A DNA stretch of 40,000 nucleotides from Azospirillum sp. (GCA_016124535.1 WGNK01000003.1:1-40000), one strand, 5' to 3'. Shown: positions 8,274 through 17,623, counted from the first letter of the stretch. The notes: generated by a model not told the origin, from the sequence alone. Translations and numbers: made by a program.

Positions 8274-9248
8274 TCACGGCAGCGGTTCGACCACGGCTCC
8301 TTGGTTGCGCCCCTGGTGTATGGCAAAGCTCAGCGTCGGGTGGCCGCTCCAGCCGCCCTGCAACGCCGCAAGCACACGCTCGGCGGTGATCTGGTCGGGC
8401 AGCAGGGCGAAGCCGGTCGGCCCCCACGAGCTTTGGCCGGTGCCGGCGAAACCCTGGCGCCCGAGCCAGTCCAGCACTTCGGCCACCGCCGGGCTGGCGA
8501 TCGCGCCGCCCTGGACCGGCGCGAAATGGCCGCCGACCACCGCCTGCAGCGCCCCGACCGCTGCCGCAAAGGGCTCGAAGTCATGCTCGACCAGGGCCGG
8601 CAGCGCCTGCATCACCAACAGCCGACAGCACTGCCCGGCCAATGCGGCGGGAAACGGCGGCAGCCGGCGAAACGCCTCGACCTCGCGCTCGCCGGCCAGG
8701 CCAGCGCCGTCGGTGTCGAACACCAGCAGCAGGCGCCAGGCCGCCGGGAAGGCGTGGCGACAGAGCAGCGGCGGCGGCGTCCGAGCGGCCCCCCGTCCGC
8801 CATCGACCACCACGCCGCCGCCTTCGAAGGCGGCGACGCCGATGCCGGAGCGGCGGCCGCGCCCGAGCAGCACCGCCAGGGCTGCCGCTGCCGGCGGTCG
8901 GCCGTGCAAAGCGGCGAAGCCGGTACCGACCGCCAGCGCCAGCTGGGTGCCGGAGCCCAACCCGGCATGGGCGGGGATCGCGTGCGTGATCTCGATCCGG
9001 CCGGCCGCTGCCATGTCCCAGGCGCGCGCCAGACATTCCACCGTCCGGCAGGCGCGTTCACCACCCGGCCCGACGGCGGTGAGCCCGCGGTCACGGCGGA
9101 CCACGACCCGGGTCGACAAGCCGTCGAGGGTCAGGCCGAGGCTGCCGAATCGGCGCCCCAAGCCGCCTTCGAGGTCGAAAAAGCCCAGATGCAGGCGAGC
9201 CGGTGCCGTGACCGTGACGGCATCCGGCGGGGCCTTGGCCATCGCCAT
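8274..9248 (-). CDS. mptG: Beta-ribofuranosylaminobenzene 5'-phosphate (beta-RFAP) synthase, GHMP-kinase fold
   Basis: 324 aa. APARLHLGFFDL and PAHAGLGSGTQLALAV (GHMP motif). SD GGGAGGAG upstream of the ATG at 9248. Confidence 0.85.
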   Translation of the reverse strand: MAMAKAPPDAVTVTAPARLHLGFFDLEGGLGRRFGSLGLTLDGLSTRVVVRRDRGLTAVGPGGERACRTVECLARAWDMAAAGRIEITHAIPAHAGLGSGTQLALAVGTGFAALHGRPPAAAALAVLLGRGRRSGIGVAAFEGGGVVVDGGRGAARTPPPLLCRHAFPAAWRLLLVFDTDGAGLAGEREVEAFRRLPPFPAALAGQCCRLLVMQALPALVEHDFEPFAAAVGALQAVVGGHFAPVQGGAIASPAVAEVLDWLGRQGFAGTGQSSWGPTGFALLPDQITAERVLAALQGGWSGHPTLSFAIHQGRNQGAVVEPLP

Positions 9249-9398
9249 CTCCTCCCACCATCCCTGCCGCGCCGGTCACCCTGGCGGGGTGCGGCTTTTG
9301 CCATGCCGCGACATTTCAGCCTATACTACCCGCTTGTCCGCCCGACCGGAACGCCCTTGATCCGGGCGACGGCGGGCGCAAGAGGCGGCGCCCAGCCG

Positions 9399-9430
9399 CC
9401 CGCGACGGCATCGGCCCGCGACGGCATCGG
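9399..9430. repeat. Perfect 16-bp tandem duplication CCCGCGACGGCATCGG x2 directly upstream of the SD of the PCD-like/fhc operon
   Basis: Read directly: 9399-9414 equals 9415-9430. Followed by GGGAGGAGAGATC-ATG (start at 9442). Confidence 0.9.
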
Positions 9431-9441
9431 GAGGAGAGATC

Positions 9442-9819
9442 ATGAGCCCGCAACGCGAGGAGTCTTACGCGCCCGAGCAGGTGGCCGCCCGGCTGACCGC
9501 CGAGCTGCCGAAATGGCGGTTCGAGGATGGCTGGATCCGGCGGACCTACAAGACCAGCAGTTGGAAAGGCACGCTGATGGTGATCAACGCGGTCGGCCAT
9601 CTGGCCGAGGCGGCGTGGCACCATCCCGACTTGACCGCGTCCTATGCCTGGGTCGAGGTGCGATTGATGACCCACACCGCCAAGGGCATCACCGACAAGG
9701 ATTTTGCATTGGCCGCCAAGATCGAGGAGGTGGTGCAATGGCAGCCCGGCACCGAGGGCAAGGGCCTGGAGGGTACCCCCCGCGACGACCTGCGGTTTGC
9801 CTATGTCAAATACGATTGA
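9442..9819 (+). CDS. Pterin-4a-carbinolamine dehydratase (PCD/DCoH)-like protein
   Basis: 125 aa. ..W......I.R.Y....W..........V..LAE...HHPD........V.V.L.TH is the PCD signature. Lies 6 nt upstream of fhcB. Confidence 0.8.
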   Translation: MSPQREESYAPEQVAARLTAELPKWRFEDGWIRRTYKTSSWKGTLMVINAVGHLAEAAWHHPDLTASYAWVEVRLMTHTAKGITDKDFALAAKIEEVVQWQPGTEGKGLEGTPRDDLRFAYVKYD

Positions 9820-9825
9820 CCGGCG

Positions 9826-11070
9826 ATGGCAGAGGAACCCGCCGCGCCGGTGGCCTGTCCGTTTTGCGGTCTCGCCTGCGACGATTTTTTTGACCTCGGC
9901 GACGATCTCGACAGCAAGGGCTGTGGGCTGGCTGCCGAAGGGCTGGCGATCCCGGCCGAGGGCGGCGGTCCCCGGCTGGCCGGCGGCGCGGTCGCCTTGG
10001 ACCAGGCCGTTACCGCCGCGGCCAAACTGCTGCGCGGCTCTGCTGCGCCGCTGATCGCCGGGCTGGGCAGCGATGTCGATGGCCTTCGCGCGGCGCTGGC
10101 GCTGGCCGAGCGGGTCGGCGCGACCGTCGATCACCTGGCCTCGGACGGGCTGTTCCGCAACCTCTCGGTGCTACGGCGCAAGGGCATGATCGCGCTGACG
10201 CTCGGCGAGCTGCGCAGCCGTTGCGACCTGCTGGTGGTGATCGGCGCCGATCCGCGGCCCGGTTTCCCGCGCTTTTACCAGCGCTGGTTCAACGCCTCGC
10301 TGCCGGCGCCGATCGGTGGCGGCACCCGGCGGGTGCTGTTCCTCGGTGCCGAGCCGCTGCCGGAGACCCGCGCCGATCTCGGCGAAATCCCGATCGCCGT
10401 CGTGCCCGGCGAAATCTCCCGGTTGGCCGAACTGGCCCTGGGCTTGCGCAGCCTGGTCGCCGGCGATTACTTTTCGGCCGGGAGCATCGCCGGCGTGTCA
10501 CGCAATGTCCTGACCGACGTTGCCCAGCGCCTCGGCGCCGCGCGGTTCGGTGCTGCGGCGTGGGCGGCCGAAGCCTTCACCTTTCCCCACGGCGATATCG
10601 CGGTCAGCGCGCTGCTCGATCTGATCCGCGCGCTGAACCGCACCACAAGATTCGGTGCGGTGCCGCTGACCGGCCGGGACAACGGCATGGGCGCGGTCCA
10701 GGTCGCGACCTGGCAGACCGGCTACCCGCTGCGCCTGGCCTTCGAGGCCGGCACCCTCCGCCACGATCCCACCCACCTGTCCTGGCGCTATCGCCTGGCC
10801 CAAGCCGACCTGCTGGTCTGGCTGTCGAGCTTCCGCCGGGAGCCGCCGCCGCCGTTTGACGGCCCGGTGATCGCGCTCACCGCACCGGGCACCGCCTTTG
10901 CCGCACCGCCGGCGGTTTGCATCCCGGTCGGTGTTCCGGGGCTCGATCACGCCGGCGACGTTTTCCGCAGCGACGGCGTCGTCGCCTTGCGGCTGGCCCG
11001 GCGCCGGCCGAGCACGCTGCCGCGCGCCGCCGAGGTGCTGCAGGCCATGAACGAGGCTTTGGCATGCTGA
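9826..11070 (+). CDS. fhcB: Formyltransferase/hydrolase complex subunit B (formylmethanofuran dehydrogenase subunit B homolog)
   Basis: 414 aa. N-terminal VACPFCGLACDD is the FwdB/FmdB-type motif. Operon context with fhcA/D/C. Confidence 0.88.
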   Translation: MAEEPAAPVACPFCGLACDDFFDLGDDLDSKGCGLAAEGLAIPAEGGGPRLAGGAVALDQAVTAAAKLLRGSAAPLIAGLGSDVDGLRAALALAERVGATVDHLASDGLFRNLSVLRRKGMIALTLGELRSRCDLLVVIGADPRPGFPRFYQRWFNASLPAPIGGGTRRVLFLGAEPLPETRADLGEIPIAVVPGEISRLAELALGLRSLVAGDYFSAGSIAGVSRNVLTDVAQRLGAARFGAAAWAAEAFTFPHGDIAVSALLDLIRALNRTTRFGAVPLTGRDNGMGAVQVATWQTGYPLRLAFEAGTLRHDPTHLSWRYRLAQADLLVWLSSFRREPPPPFDGPVIALTAPGTAFAAPPAVCIPVGVPGLDHAGDVFRSDGVVALRLARRRPSTLPRAAEVLQAMNEALAC

Positions 11071-12728
11071 CCCGCTTTACCGACGCCAAGGTGTTCGACC
11101 CGCTCCATGGCGAAGTCGGACAGCGCCGCGATCTCTGGGTCGCCGACGGCCGGATCGTGGCGCCGCCGCCGGGCGCCGCAGCGGCGGAAACCATCGATCT
11201 CGGCGGTGCCGTGGTGATGGCCGGGGCGATCGACCTGCACAGCCACATCGCCGGCGGCAAGGTCAATCTGGCCCGGCTGCTGTTCGCCGAGGACCACGAA
11301 CACCATCCTTCCTGCGAGCCCCACGGCTTTCGCTGCGGCGGCGGGCTGGTCACGCCATCGACGTTCACCACCGGCTATCGCTATGCCGAGATGGGCTACA
11401 CCGTGGTGGTCGAGCCGGCGATGCTGGCGAGCAATGCCCGCCACGCCCACCTGGAAATGGCCGACATCCCCAATATCGACACCGCAGCCTATGTCGTGCT
11501 GGGCAACGATGACTTTCTGCTGCAACTGATCGCCGACGGCGCCCCCCAGGGCCAGATCAACGATGCGATCGCCTGGCTGGTCGGCGCCTCCCAGGCGATC
11601 GGGGTCAAGGTGGTCAATCCCGGCGGCATCAACGCCTTCAAGTTCAACCAGCGCCGCCTCGACCTCGACGAGGCCGGCCCGTATTACGGTGCGACACCGC
11701 GTCGGGTCCTGTCCGCCCTGGCCCAGGCGGTGTTCGAGCTGGGGATTCCCCACCCGCTCCACGTCCATGGCTGCAATCTCGGCGTGCCCGGCAGCGTCGA
11801 CACCTCGCTGGCCACCATCGCCGGTGCCGAAGGGCGGCCGATCCATCTGACCCATCTGCAGTTCCACGCCTATGGCACCGAGGGCGACCGCAAATTCTCC
11901 TCCGGTGCGGCACGCCTGGCCGAGGCGGTCAATGCCAACCCCAATATCAGCGTCGATGTCGGCCAGATCATCTTCGGCCAGACCATCACGGCGTCGGGCG
12001 ATACCATGTCGCAATACCGCCACAGCGGCCATGCCAAGCCGGGCAAATGGATCCTGATGGACATCGAATGCGATGCCGGCTGCGGCGTGGTGCCGTTCCG
12101 CTATCGTGACAAGAGTTTCGTCAATGCCCTGCAATGGGCGATCGGCCTGGAGCTGTTGCTGCTGATCGAGGACCCCTGGCGGGTGTTTTTGACCACCGAC
12201 CACCCCAACGGCGGGCCGTTCACCTGCTATCCGCGGGTGATCCGCCTGCTGATGGACAAGGATTTTCGCGATGAGCAGTTCGCCGATCTCCATCCGGCGG
12301 CGCGGCGCGCCTCGATCCTGCCATCGATCCGGCGGGAATATTCCCTGGCCGAGATCGCGGTGCTGACCCGCGCCGCGCCGGCCCGCATCCTCGGCCTCCG
12401 CGACCGCGGCCACCTGGGCCCGGGTGCCGCCGCCGATCTCGTGGTCTATCGTGACCAATCCGACCGCGAGGCGATGTTCCAGCACCCGACCGCGGTCTAT
12501 AAGGACGGCCGCCTGATCGCCCGCGACGGCCGCGTGGTCGCCCGGGTCGAAGGTTCCACCCATGTCGTGCGACCGGCCTACGACCGCGGCATCGAAGCGC
12601 GGCTCGCCCGCCATTTTGCCGACCGCATCGGGCTCAGGGCGGAAAGCTTTCGGATTGCCGAGGGCGAGTTGCGCGGCGGCCGCGGCGCGGTGATCCACGC
12701 CTGCCGGACATCCGGAGACTCCCCGTGA
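11064..12728 (+). CDS. fhcA: Formyltransferase/hydrolase complex subunit A (formylmethanofuran dehydrogenase subunit A homolog, amidohydrolase fold)
   Basis: The ATG at 11064 (MLTRFTDAKVFDPLHG) overlaps the fhcB stop (ATGCTGA). AIDLHSHIAGG is a metal-dependent hydrolase motif. The longer ORF from 10917 has an Arg-rich, non-protein-like extension. Confidence 0.9.
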   Translation: MLTRFTDAKVFDPLHGEVGQRRDLWVADGRIVAPPPGAAAAETIDLGGAVVMAGAIDLHSHIAGGKVNLARLLFAEDHEHHPSCEPHGFRCGGGLVTPSTFTTGYRYAEMGYTVVVEPAMLASNARHAHLEMADIPNIDTAAYVVLGNDDFLLQLIADGAPQGQINDAIAWLVGASQAIGVKVVNPGGINAFKFNQRRLDLDEAGPYYGATPRRVLSALAQAVFELGIPHPLHVHGCNLGVPGSVDTSLATIAGAEGRPIHLTHLQFHAYGTEGDRKFSSGAARLAEAVNANPNISVDVGQIIFGQTITASGDTMSQYRHSGHAKPGKWILMDIECDAGCGVVPFRYRDKSFVNALQWAIGLELLLLIEDPWRVFLTTDHPNGGPFTCYPRVIRLLMDKDFRDEQFADLHPAARRASILPSIRREYSLAEIAVLTRAAPARILGLRDRGHLGPGAAADLVVYRDQSDREAMFQHPTAVYKDGRLIARDGRVVARVEGSTHVVRPAYDRGIEARLARHFADRIGLRAESFRIAEGELRGGRGAVIHACRTSGDSP

Positions 12729-13633
12729 GCGGCCTGGTCCTCAATGGCGTCGTGATCGACGACACATTCGCGGAGGCCTTCCCGATGGCCGCGACCCGGC
12801 TGGTGATCACCGCCGACAGCCCGAAATGGGCGCGGATCGCGGCGGCGACGATGACCGGCTTTGCCACCTCGGTGATCGGCTGCGGCGTCGAAGCCGGGAT
12901 CGAGCGCGCGCTGTCCGGCGAGGAGACCCCTGATGGCCGGCCAGGCGTCGCGGTCCTCGCCTTCGCCATGAACGAGGAGGGCCTGGCCCAGCAGGTGACG
13001 ACCCGGGTCGGCCAATGCGTGCTGACCTCGCCGGGCTCGGCCTGCTTTGCCGGCATCGAGGGCGGGCGAAAAATTGCCCTGGGCAAGGCGCTGCGATTTT
13101 TCGGCGATGGCTGGCAGATCGCCAAGCGCCTCGACGATCAGCGCTTCTGGCGGGTGCCGGTGATGGACGGCGAGTTCTTGTGCGAAGAGACGACCGGCAG
13201 CGCGGGCGGCATCGGCGGCGGCAATTTTCTGATTCTGGCCTCGTCGCGCCCGGCCTGCCTGGCGGCGGCCGAGGCCGCGGTGGCGGCGGTCGCGCCGCTG
13301 GCCGGCTGTATCTTGCCCTTCCCCGGCGGGGTCGTGCGCTCGGGCTCCAAGGTCGGGTCGAAATATCCAAAATTGTTCGCCTCGAGCAATCACAAGTTCT
13401 GTCCGACCCTCCGCGCCGCCGTCCCCGACAGCGCGCTTTCCGCCGACGATGCCGCGGTGCTGGAGATCGTGATCGACGGCCTGGACGAGGCGGCGATCCG
13501 CAACGCCACCCGCGCCGGCATCCTGGCTGCATGCGCGCTCGGCCGCGACGGCGGGATCAACCGGATCAGCGCCGGCAATTACGGCGGCAATCTCGGACCG
13601 TTCCATTTTCACCTGCACGAGATCATGGCATGA
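12725..13633 (+). CDS. fhcD: Formylmethanofuran:H4MPT formyltransferase (Ftr) subunit of Fhc
   Basis: 302 aa. GTG start overlaps the fhcA stop (GTGA). Ftr-like sequence VIDDTFAEAFPM..TRL.ITA. Confidence 0.9.
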   Translation: MSGLVLNGVVIDDTFAEAFPMAATRLVITADSPKWARIAAATMTGFATSVIGCGVEAGIERALSGEETPDGRPGVAVLAFAMNEEGLAQQVTTRVGQCVLTSPGSACFAGIEGGRKIALGKALRFFGDGWQIAKRLDDQRFWRVPVMDGEFLCEETTGSAGGIGGGNFLILASSRPACLAAAEAAVAAVAPLAGCILPFPGGVVRSGSKVGSKYPKLFASSNHKFCPTLRAAVPDSALSADDAAVLEIVIDGLDEAAIRNATRAGILAACALGRDGGINRISAGNYGGNLGPFHFHLHEIMA

Positions 13634-14451
13634 CCGGCTGGCGCCTCGTCCTCAAGCAGCCGACCGGCCCGCGGATCGACATGGCGCCGGTGCTCCCCCA
13701 ACGGTTGTCGGCACTGGCCGCCGCCGAGATTCGGGCGCTGCCGCTGACCTGCGGCAACCGTTTGCGCCCGCTCGGCGCGTTATTTGACGAAGAACCGGGC
13801 GACCAGTCCGGCGACGGACCGACGCTGGCGATCGGCGCGGCCACGGCGCGGCTCGACAATCTTGGCCGCGACATGGCCGGCGGCACTCTGGCGGTCGAGG
13901 GCGATACCGGCGCCTTTCTTGGGCGAAGGATGGCTGGCGGCACCATCACCGTGACCGGATCGTGCGGCGCCCATGCCGCCGCCGGGATGACCGGCGGGAC
14001 GCTGCGGGTGGCCGGCAGTGCCGGTGATTTTTTGGGCGCACCGGCGGTCGGCGAAGTGACCGGCATGGCCGGCGGTCTGGTGGTGATCGGCGGCGATGCC
14101 GGCGACCGCGTCGGCGAGCGGCTGCGTCGCGGGTCGATCCTGATCGGCGGCGGCGCCGGCGCCTATTGCGGGGTTGCGATGATCGCCGGCACCATCGCGG
14201 TCGCCGGGATCTGCGGTGACGGGCCGGGTTTTGCCATGCGCCGCGGCTCGATCATTCTGGGGACGGTGCCGAAGCGTCTGCCGGTCGGCTTCGCCGATAG
14301 CGGACGCTATTCGCTGCCCTTTCTCCCGCTGCTGCGCCGGCACCTTGCGCGCCACGCCGCCTGGCTCGCCGGCAGCGGCGGCGCCGATCGCTGGCTGGGC
14401 GACCTGACCGCCGGCGGCCGCGGCGAAATCCTCTGCCTGGACCGCGACTGA
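13630..14451 (+). CDS. fhcC: Formyltransferase/hydrolase complex subunit C (FwdC/FmdC-like beta-helix protein)
   Basis: 273 aa from the ATG at 13630 (ATGA overlap with fhcD). Repeated G-x-x-G-G-x-(I/L)-x-V-x-G units typical of subunit C. Confidence 0.88.
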   Translation: MTGWRLVLKQPTGPRIDMAPVLPQRLSALAAAEIRALPLTCGNRLRPLGALFDEEPGDQSGDGPTLAIGAATARLDNLGRDMAGGTLAVEGDTGAFLGRRMAGGTITVTGSCGAHAAAGMTGGTLRVAGSAGDFLGAPAVGEVTGMAGGLVVIGGDAGDRVGERLRRGSILIGGGAGAYCGVAMIAGTIAVAGICGDGPGFAMRRGSIILGTVPKRLPVGFADSGRYSLPFLPLLRRHLARHAAWLAGSGGADRWLGDLTAGGRGEILCLDRD

Positions 14452-14457
14452 ACCCTT

Positions 14458-14479
14458 GCCGGCGGTCCGGCTCTTTTCC
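14458..14479 (+). terminator. Weak candidate intrinsic terminator after fhcC
   Basis: GCCGG-CGGT-CCGGC (5-bp GC stem) followed by TCTTTTCC, 7 nt after the fhcC stop. Confidence 0.35.
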
Positions 14480-14509
14480 GATCGCTCTGGAAGCGCTACA
14501 TAACCCGCT

Positions 14510-15934
14510 ATGTCGACCGTTCGATCCCTGGGCGCCGCCCTGCTCGCCGTTTCCTTTCTGATCGTCGGCACCTCGTGTGAGGCACCCGGCCAGACCCGTC
14601 TGGCCCCGGACAGCCGCGAGCAGATCACCCTGTCCTTCGCCCCGGTGGTCAAAAGGACGGCGCCGGCGGTGGTCAATGTCTATAGCCGGGTGGTGGTGCG
14701 CGAGCAGCCGTTCGCGCCCTTGTTCGACGACCCGTTCTTCCGCCAGTTCTTCGGCGAGAATTTCGGCTTCGGCATGCCGCGCGAGCGTGTGCAGAACTCG
14801 CTGGGCTCGGGGGTGATCGTGCGCGCCGACGGACTGATCGTGACCAACCACCACGTCATCAAGGGGGCCGATCAGGTCAGGGTGCAATTGGCCGACCGGC
14901 GCGAGTTCGACGCCACGGTGGTCAAATCCGATGCCCGCACCGATCTGGCCTTCCTGCGGATCGACACCGGCGGCAGCCGGCTGCCGGTGTTGGAACTGGG
15001 CGACAGCGACGATCTCGAGGTCGGCGATCTCGTGCTGGCGATCGGCAATCCGTTCGGGGTCGGTCAGACCGTCACCAGTGGCATCGTCTCGGCACTGGCG
15101 CGTACCGCAGTCGGCGTCTCCGACTACAGCTTTTTCATCCAGACCGATGCCGCGATCAATCCGGGCAACTCCGGCGGCGCCCTGGTCTCGATGTCGGGCA
15201 AGCTGATCGGCATCAACAGCGCGATCTATTCCCGTTCCGGCGGTTCGATCGGCATCGGTTTCGCGATTCCGTCCAACATGGTCCACAGCTATCTCGACGC
15301 GGTCTCCGGCGGGCGGCGGGTGGTCCGACCCTGGCTCGGCTTCAGCGCCCAGACGGTCACCCCCGACATCGCCGCCTCGATCGGGCTGGACCGTCCGACC
15401 GGCGTCCTGGTCAAGTCGGTCGATGCCCGCAGCCCGGCCGCTGCGGCCGGTCTGCAGGTCGGCGACGTGGTGCGCGCGGTCAATGGCCGCGAGGTCGATG
15501 ACCCCGAGGCGCTGCGCTATCGCATCGCCACCGAGCCGATCGGTGGCCAGGCGGCGCTGTCGGTCACCCGGCGCGGACAATCCCGCGAAGTCGCGTTGCC
15601 GCTGGTCCGGCCGCCCGAGACGCCGCCCCGCGAAACCACGCCGATCCGGGGACGCGGGCCGTTCAGCGGTGCCACCATCGCCAATCTGTCGCCGGCGCTG
15701 GCCGATGAGCTCGACTTCCAGGGAGCACCCCAGGGCGTCATCGTGCTGGAGGTCGCGCGCGGCTCGCCGGCCGCCCAGATCGGCTTCCGCGACGGTGACG
15801 TGGTCCTCAGCATCAACGAGCACGAGACCGCGGCGGTCGGTGACGTGGTCGCCCAAACCCGCGACCGGGCGCTGCGCTGGACCATCCGGGTGCGCCGCGG
15901 CGACCGGGTTTTGACCACCACCGTCCGAGGCTGA
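14510..15934 (+). CDS. Do/DegP/HtrA-family periplasmic serine endoprotease with two PDZ domains
   Basis: 474 aa with a signal-like N-terminus. TNHHV (His), DLAFLRID (Asp) and GNSGGALV (Ser) form the catalytic triad context. Two PDZ-like segments follow (AAAGLQVGDVV..VNG and AAQIGFRDGDVVLSIN). Confidence 0.9.
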   Translation: MSTVRSLGAALLAVSFLIVGTSCEAPGQTRLAPDSREQITLSFAPVVKRTAPAVVNVYSRVVVREQPFAPLFDDPFFRQFFGENFGFGMPRERVQNSLGSGVIVRADGLIVTNHHVIKGADQVRVQLADRREFDATVVKSDARTDLAFLRIDTGGSRLPVLELGDSDDLEVGDLVLAIGNPFGVGQTVTSGIVSALARTAVGVSDYSFFIQTDAAINPGNSGGALVSMSGKLIGINSAIYSRSGGSIGIGFAIPSNMVHSYLDAVSGGRRVVRPWLGFSAQTVTPDIAASIGLDRPTGVLVKSVDARSPAAAAGLQVGDVVRAVNGREVDDPEALRYRIATEPIGGQAALSVTRRGQSREVALPLVRPPETPPRETTPIRGRGPFSGATIANLSPALADELDFQGAPQGVIVLEVARGSPAAQIGFRDGDVVLSINEHETAAVGDVVAQTRDRALRWTIRVRRGDRVLTTTVRG

Positions 15935-15938
15935 CCCC

Positions 15939-17267
15939 ATGACCGCACGCGGCGGGGACGGGCTGTTCGCGTCCCTGGCGCCGCGGCCTCTGGCCGACCG
16001 CATGCGGCCCAAAGCGCTGTCGGAGGTGGTCGGGCAGGACCATCTGCTCCGCGCCGAGGGGCCGATCGGACGGATGGTCGGAATTCGACGGCTGGCCTCA
16101 ATGATCCTGTGGGGACCACCCGGCTGCGGCAAGACCACGATCGCCGGCCTGCTTGCCGACCTGACCGACCTCCATTTCGAGCCGCTGTCGGCGGTGTTCT
16201 CCGGCGTCGCCGATTTGCGCAAGGTGTTCGACGCGGCGCGTCGGCGCCGCGCCGACGGCCGTGGCACCTTACTGTTCATCGATGAGATCCACCGCTTCAA
16301 CCGCGCCCAGCAGGATGGCTTCCTGCCTTACGTCGAGGACGGCACGGTGACCCTGGTCGGTGCCACCACTGAGAATCCGTCGTTCGAGCTGAATGCGGCC
16401 CTGCTCAGCCGGTGCCAGGTCTTCGTGCTCAACCGCCTGGACGATGCCGCGCTGGACGGCATGCTGGCACGCGCCGAGGCGGAAACCGGGCGCGGGCTGC
16501 CGCTCGATCCCGACGCCCGGTCCGCGTTGAAGGCGATGGCCGACGGCGACGGTCGCTTCCTGCTCAACCTCTGCGAAGATCTGTTCGCGCTCAACCCGGT
16601 GCGGCCGCTCGACACCGCACAGCTCGCCGCGACCGTGCAGCGGCGGGCGCCGCTCTATGACAAGGCCCAGGAAGGCCACTACAATTTAATCAGTGCCCTG
16701 CACAAATCGCTGCGCGGTTCGGACACCGATGCCGGGCTCTATTGGCTGGCGCGCATGCTGGCCGGCGGCGAGGACCCGCGCTTCATCGCCCGCCGCCTGA
16801 CCCGTTTCGCGGTCGAGGATGTCGGGCTGGCAGATCCCGATGCCCTGGTCCAGGCGTTGGCCGCCTGGGAGACCTACGAGCGGCTGGGCAGTCCCGAGGG
16901 CGAGTTGGCCCTGGCGCAATGCGTGATCTATCTCGGCACCGCACCGAAATCCAATGCCGCCTATGTCGCGTTCAAGGGGGCGGTGCGTTCAGCCCGCGAG
17001 ACCGGCTCGTTGATGCCGCCCAAGCATATCCTGAACGCTCCGACCCGGCTGATGAAAGATCTCGGCTACGGCGAAGGCTATGCCTACGATCCCGACACGC
17101 CGGACGGCTTTTCCGGGCAGAATTATTTCCCCGACGGGATGCCGCGGCGCCAGTTCTACCATCCCGCCGAGCGCGGCTTCGAACGCGAAATCAAGAAGCG
17201 CCTGGACTATTGGGCCAAACTCCGCGGGCGCAAACCGAATGACCCTGCCGCCGCCCCTGAGGACTAG
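15939..17267 (+). CDS. rarA: Replication-associated recombination protein A (AAA+ ATPase)
   Basis: 442 aa. Walker A GPPGCGKTT and Walker B LLFIDEIHRFN. MgsA C-terminal region (HYNLISALHKSLRGSD, YLARM). Confidence 0.92.
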   Translation: MTARGGDGLFASLAPRPLADRMRPKALSEVVGQDHLLRAEGPIGRMVGIRRLASMILWGPPGCGKTTIAGLLADLTDLHFEPLSAVFSGVADLRKVFDAARRRRADGRGTLLFIDEIHRFNRAQQDGFLPYVEDGTVTLVGATTENPSFELNAALLSRCQVFVLNRLDDAALDGMLARAEAETGRGLPLDPDARSALKAMADGDGRFLLNLCEDLFALNPVRPLDTAQLAATVQRRAPLYDKAQEGHYNLISALHKSLRGSDTDAGLYWLARMLAGGEDPRFIARRLTRFAVEDVGLADPDALVQALAAWETYERLGSPEGELALAQCVIYLGTAPKSNAAYVAFKGAVRSARETGSLMPPKHILNAPTRLMKDLGYGEGYAYDPDTPDGFSGQNYFPDGMPRRQFYHPAERGFEREIKKRLDYWAKLRGRKPNDPAAAPED

Positions 17268-17289
17268 GCGATCGCCGCGCGCCGACGCT

Positions 17290-17595
17290 TCACGGCCCGC
17301 CCGGCAGGCAGCGCAAGCTGTTGCGGCGAAACGCCGAGAACGGAATGACGGTGGCATCCGCGATCACCGCCGGGGTCGCGTTGACCGTGGGGGTCGCCGG
17401 GCCGGGCGCCGCAGCGGTGGCGCGCAGTTTGGTCGCCAGATGCACGACGTTTTCCGGGAGAACCGCGATCGGCCGGGCGTGCCGCACCGGGACTGGCATC
17501 GGGGTCGCCAGCATCATGCTGCGCGCAAAACATTGGTAGAAAGTCGCCAGAGCCAAGGCCTGGACCGGCAGGTAGGAAAAACCATAGGTGAACAT
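17290..17595 (-). CDS. Hypothetical protein (orphan, about 101 aa)
   Basis: ORF 17290..17628. I prefer the ATG at 17595 with GAGG 7 nt upstream. Third-position G/C is high by eye. I recognise no family. Convergent with rarA. Confidence 0.4.
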   Translation of the reverse strand: MFTYGFSYLPVQALALATFYQCFARSMMLATPMPVPVRHARPIAVLPENVVHLATKLRATAAAPGPATPTVNATPAVIADATVIPFSAFRRNSLRCLPGGP

Positions 17596-17623
17596 GATAA
17601 ACCTCGTTCCTGCCAGAGCAAAC

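Noticed and set aside
14510-14590. DegP-family protease as a lipoprotein (Cys in ...LIVGTSCEAP)
   Set aside because: The residues before the Cys (G-T-S) do not fit the L-(A/S)-(G/A)-C lipobox well. An ordinary signal peptide is equally likely, and this cannot be decided by eye.
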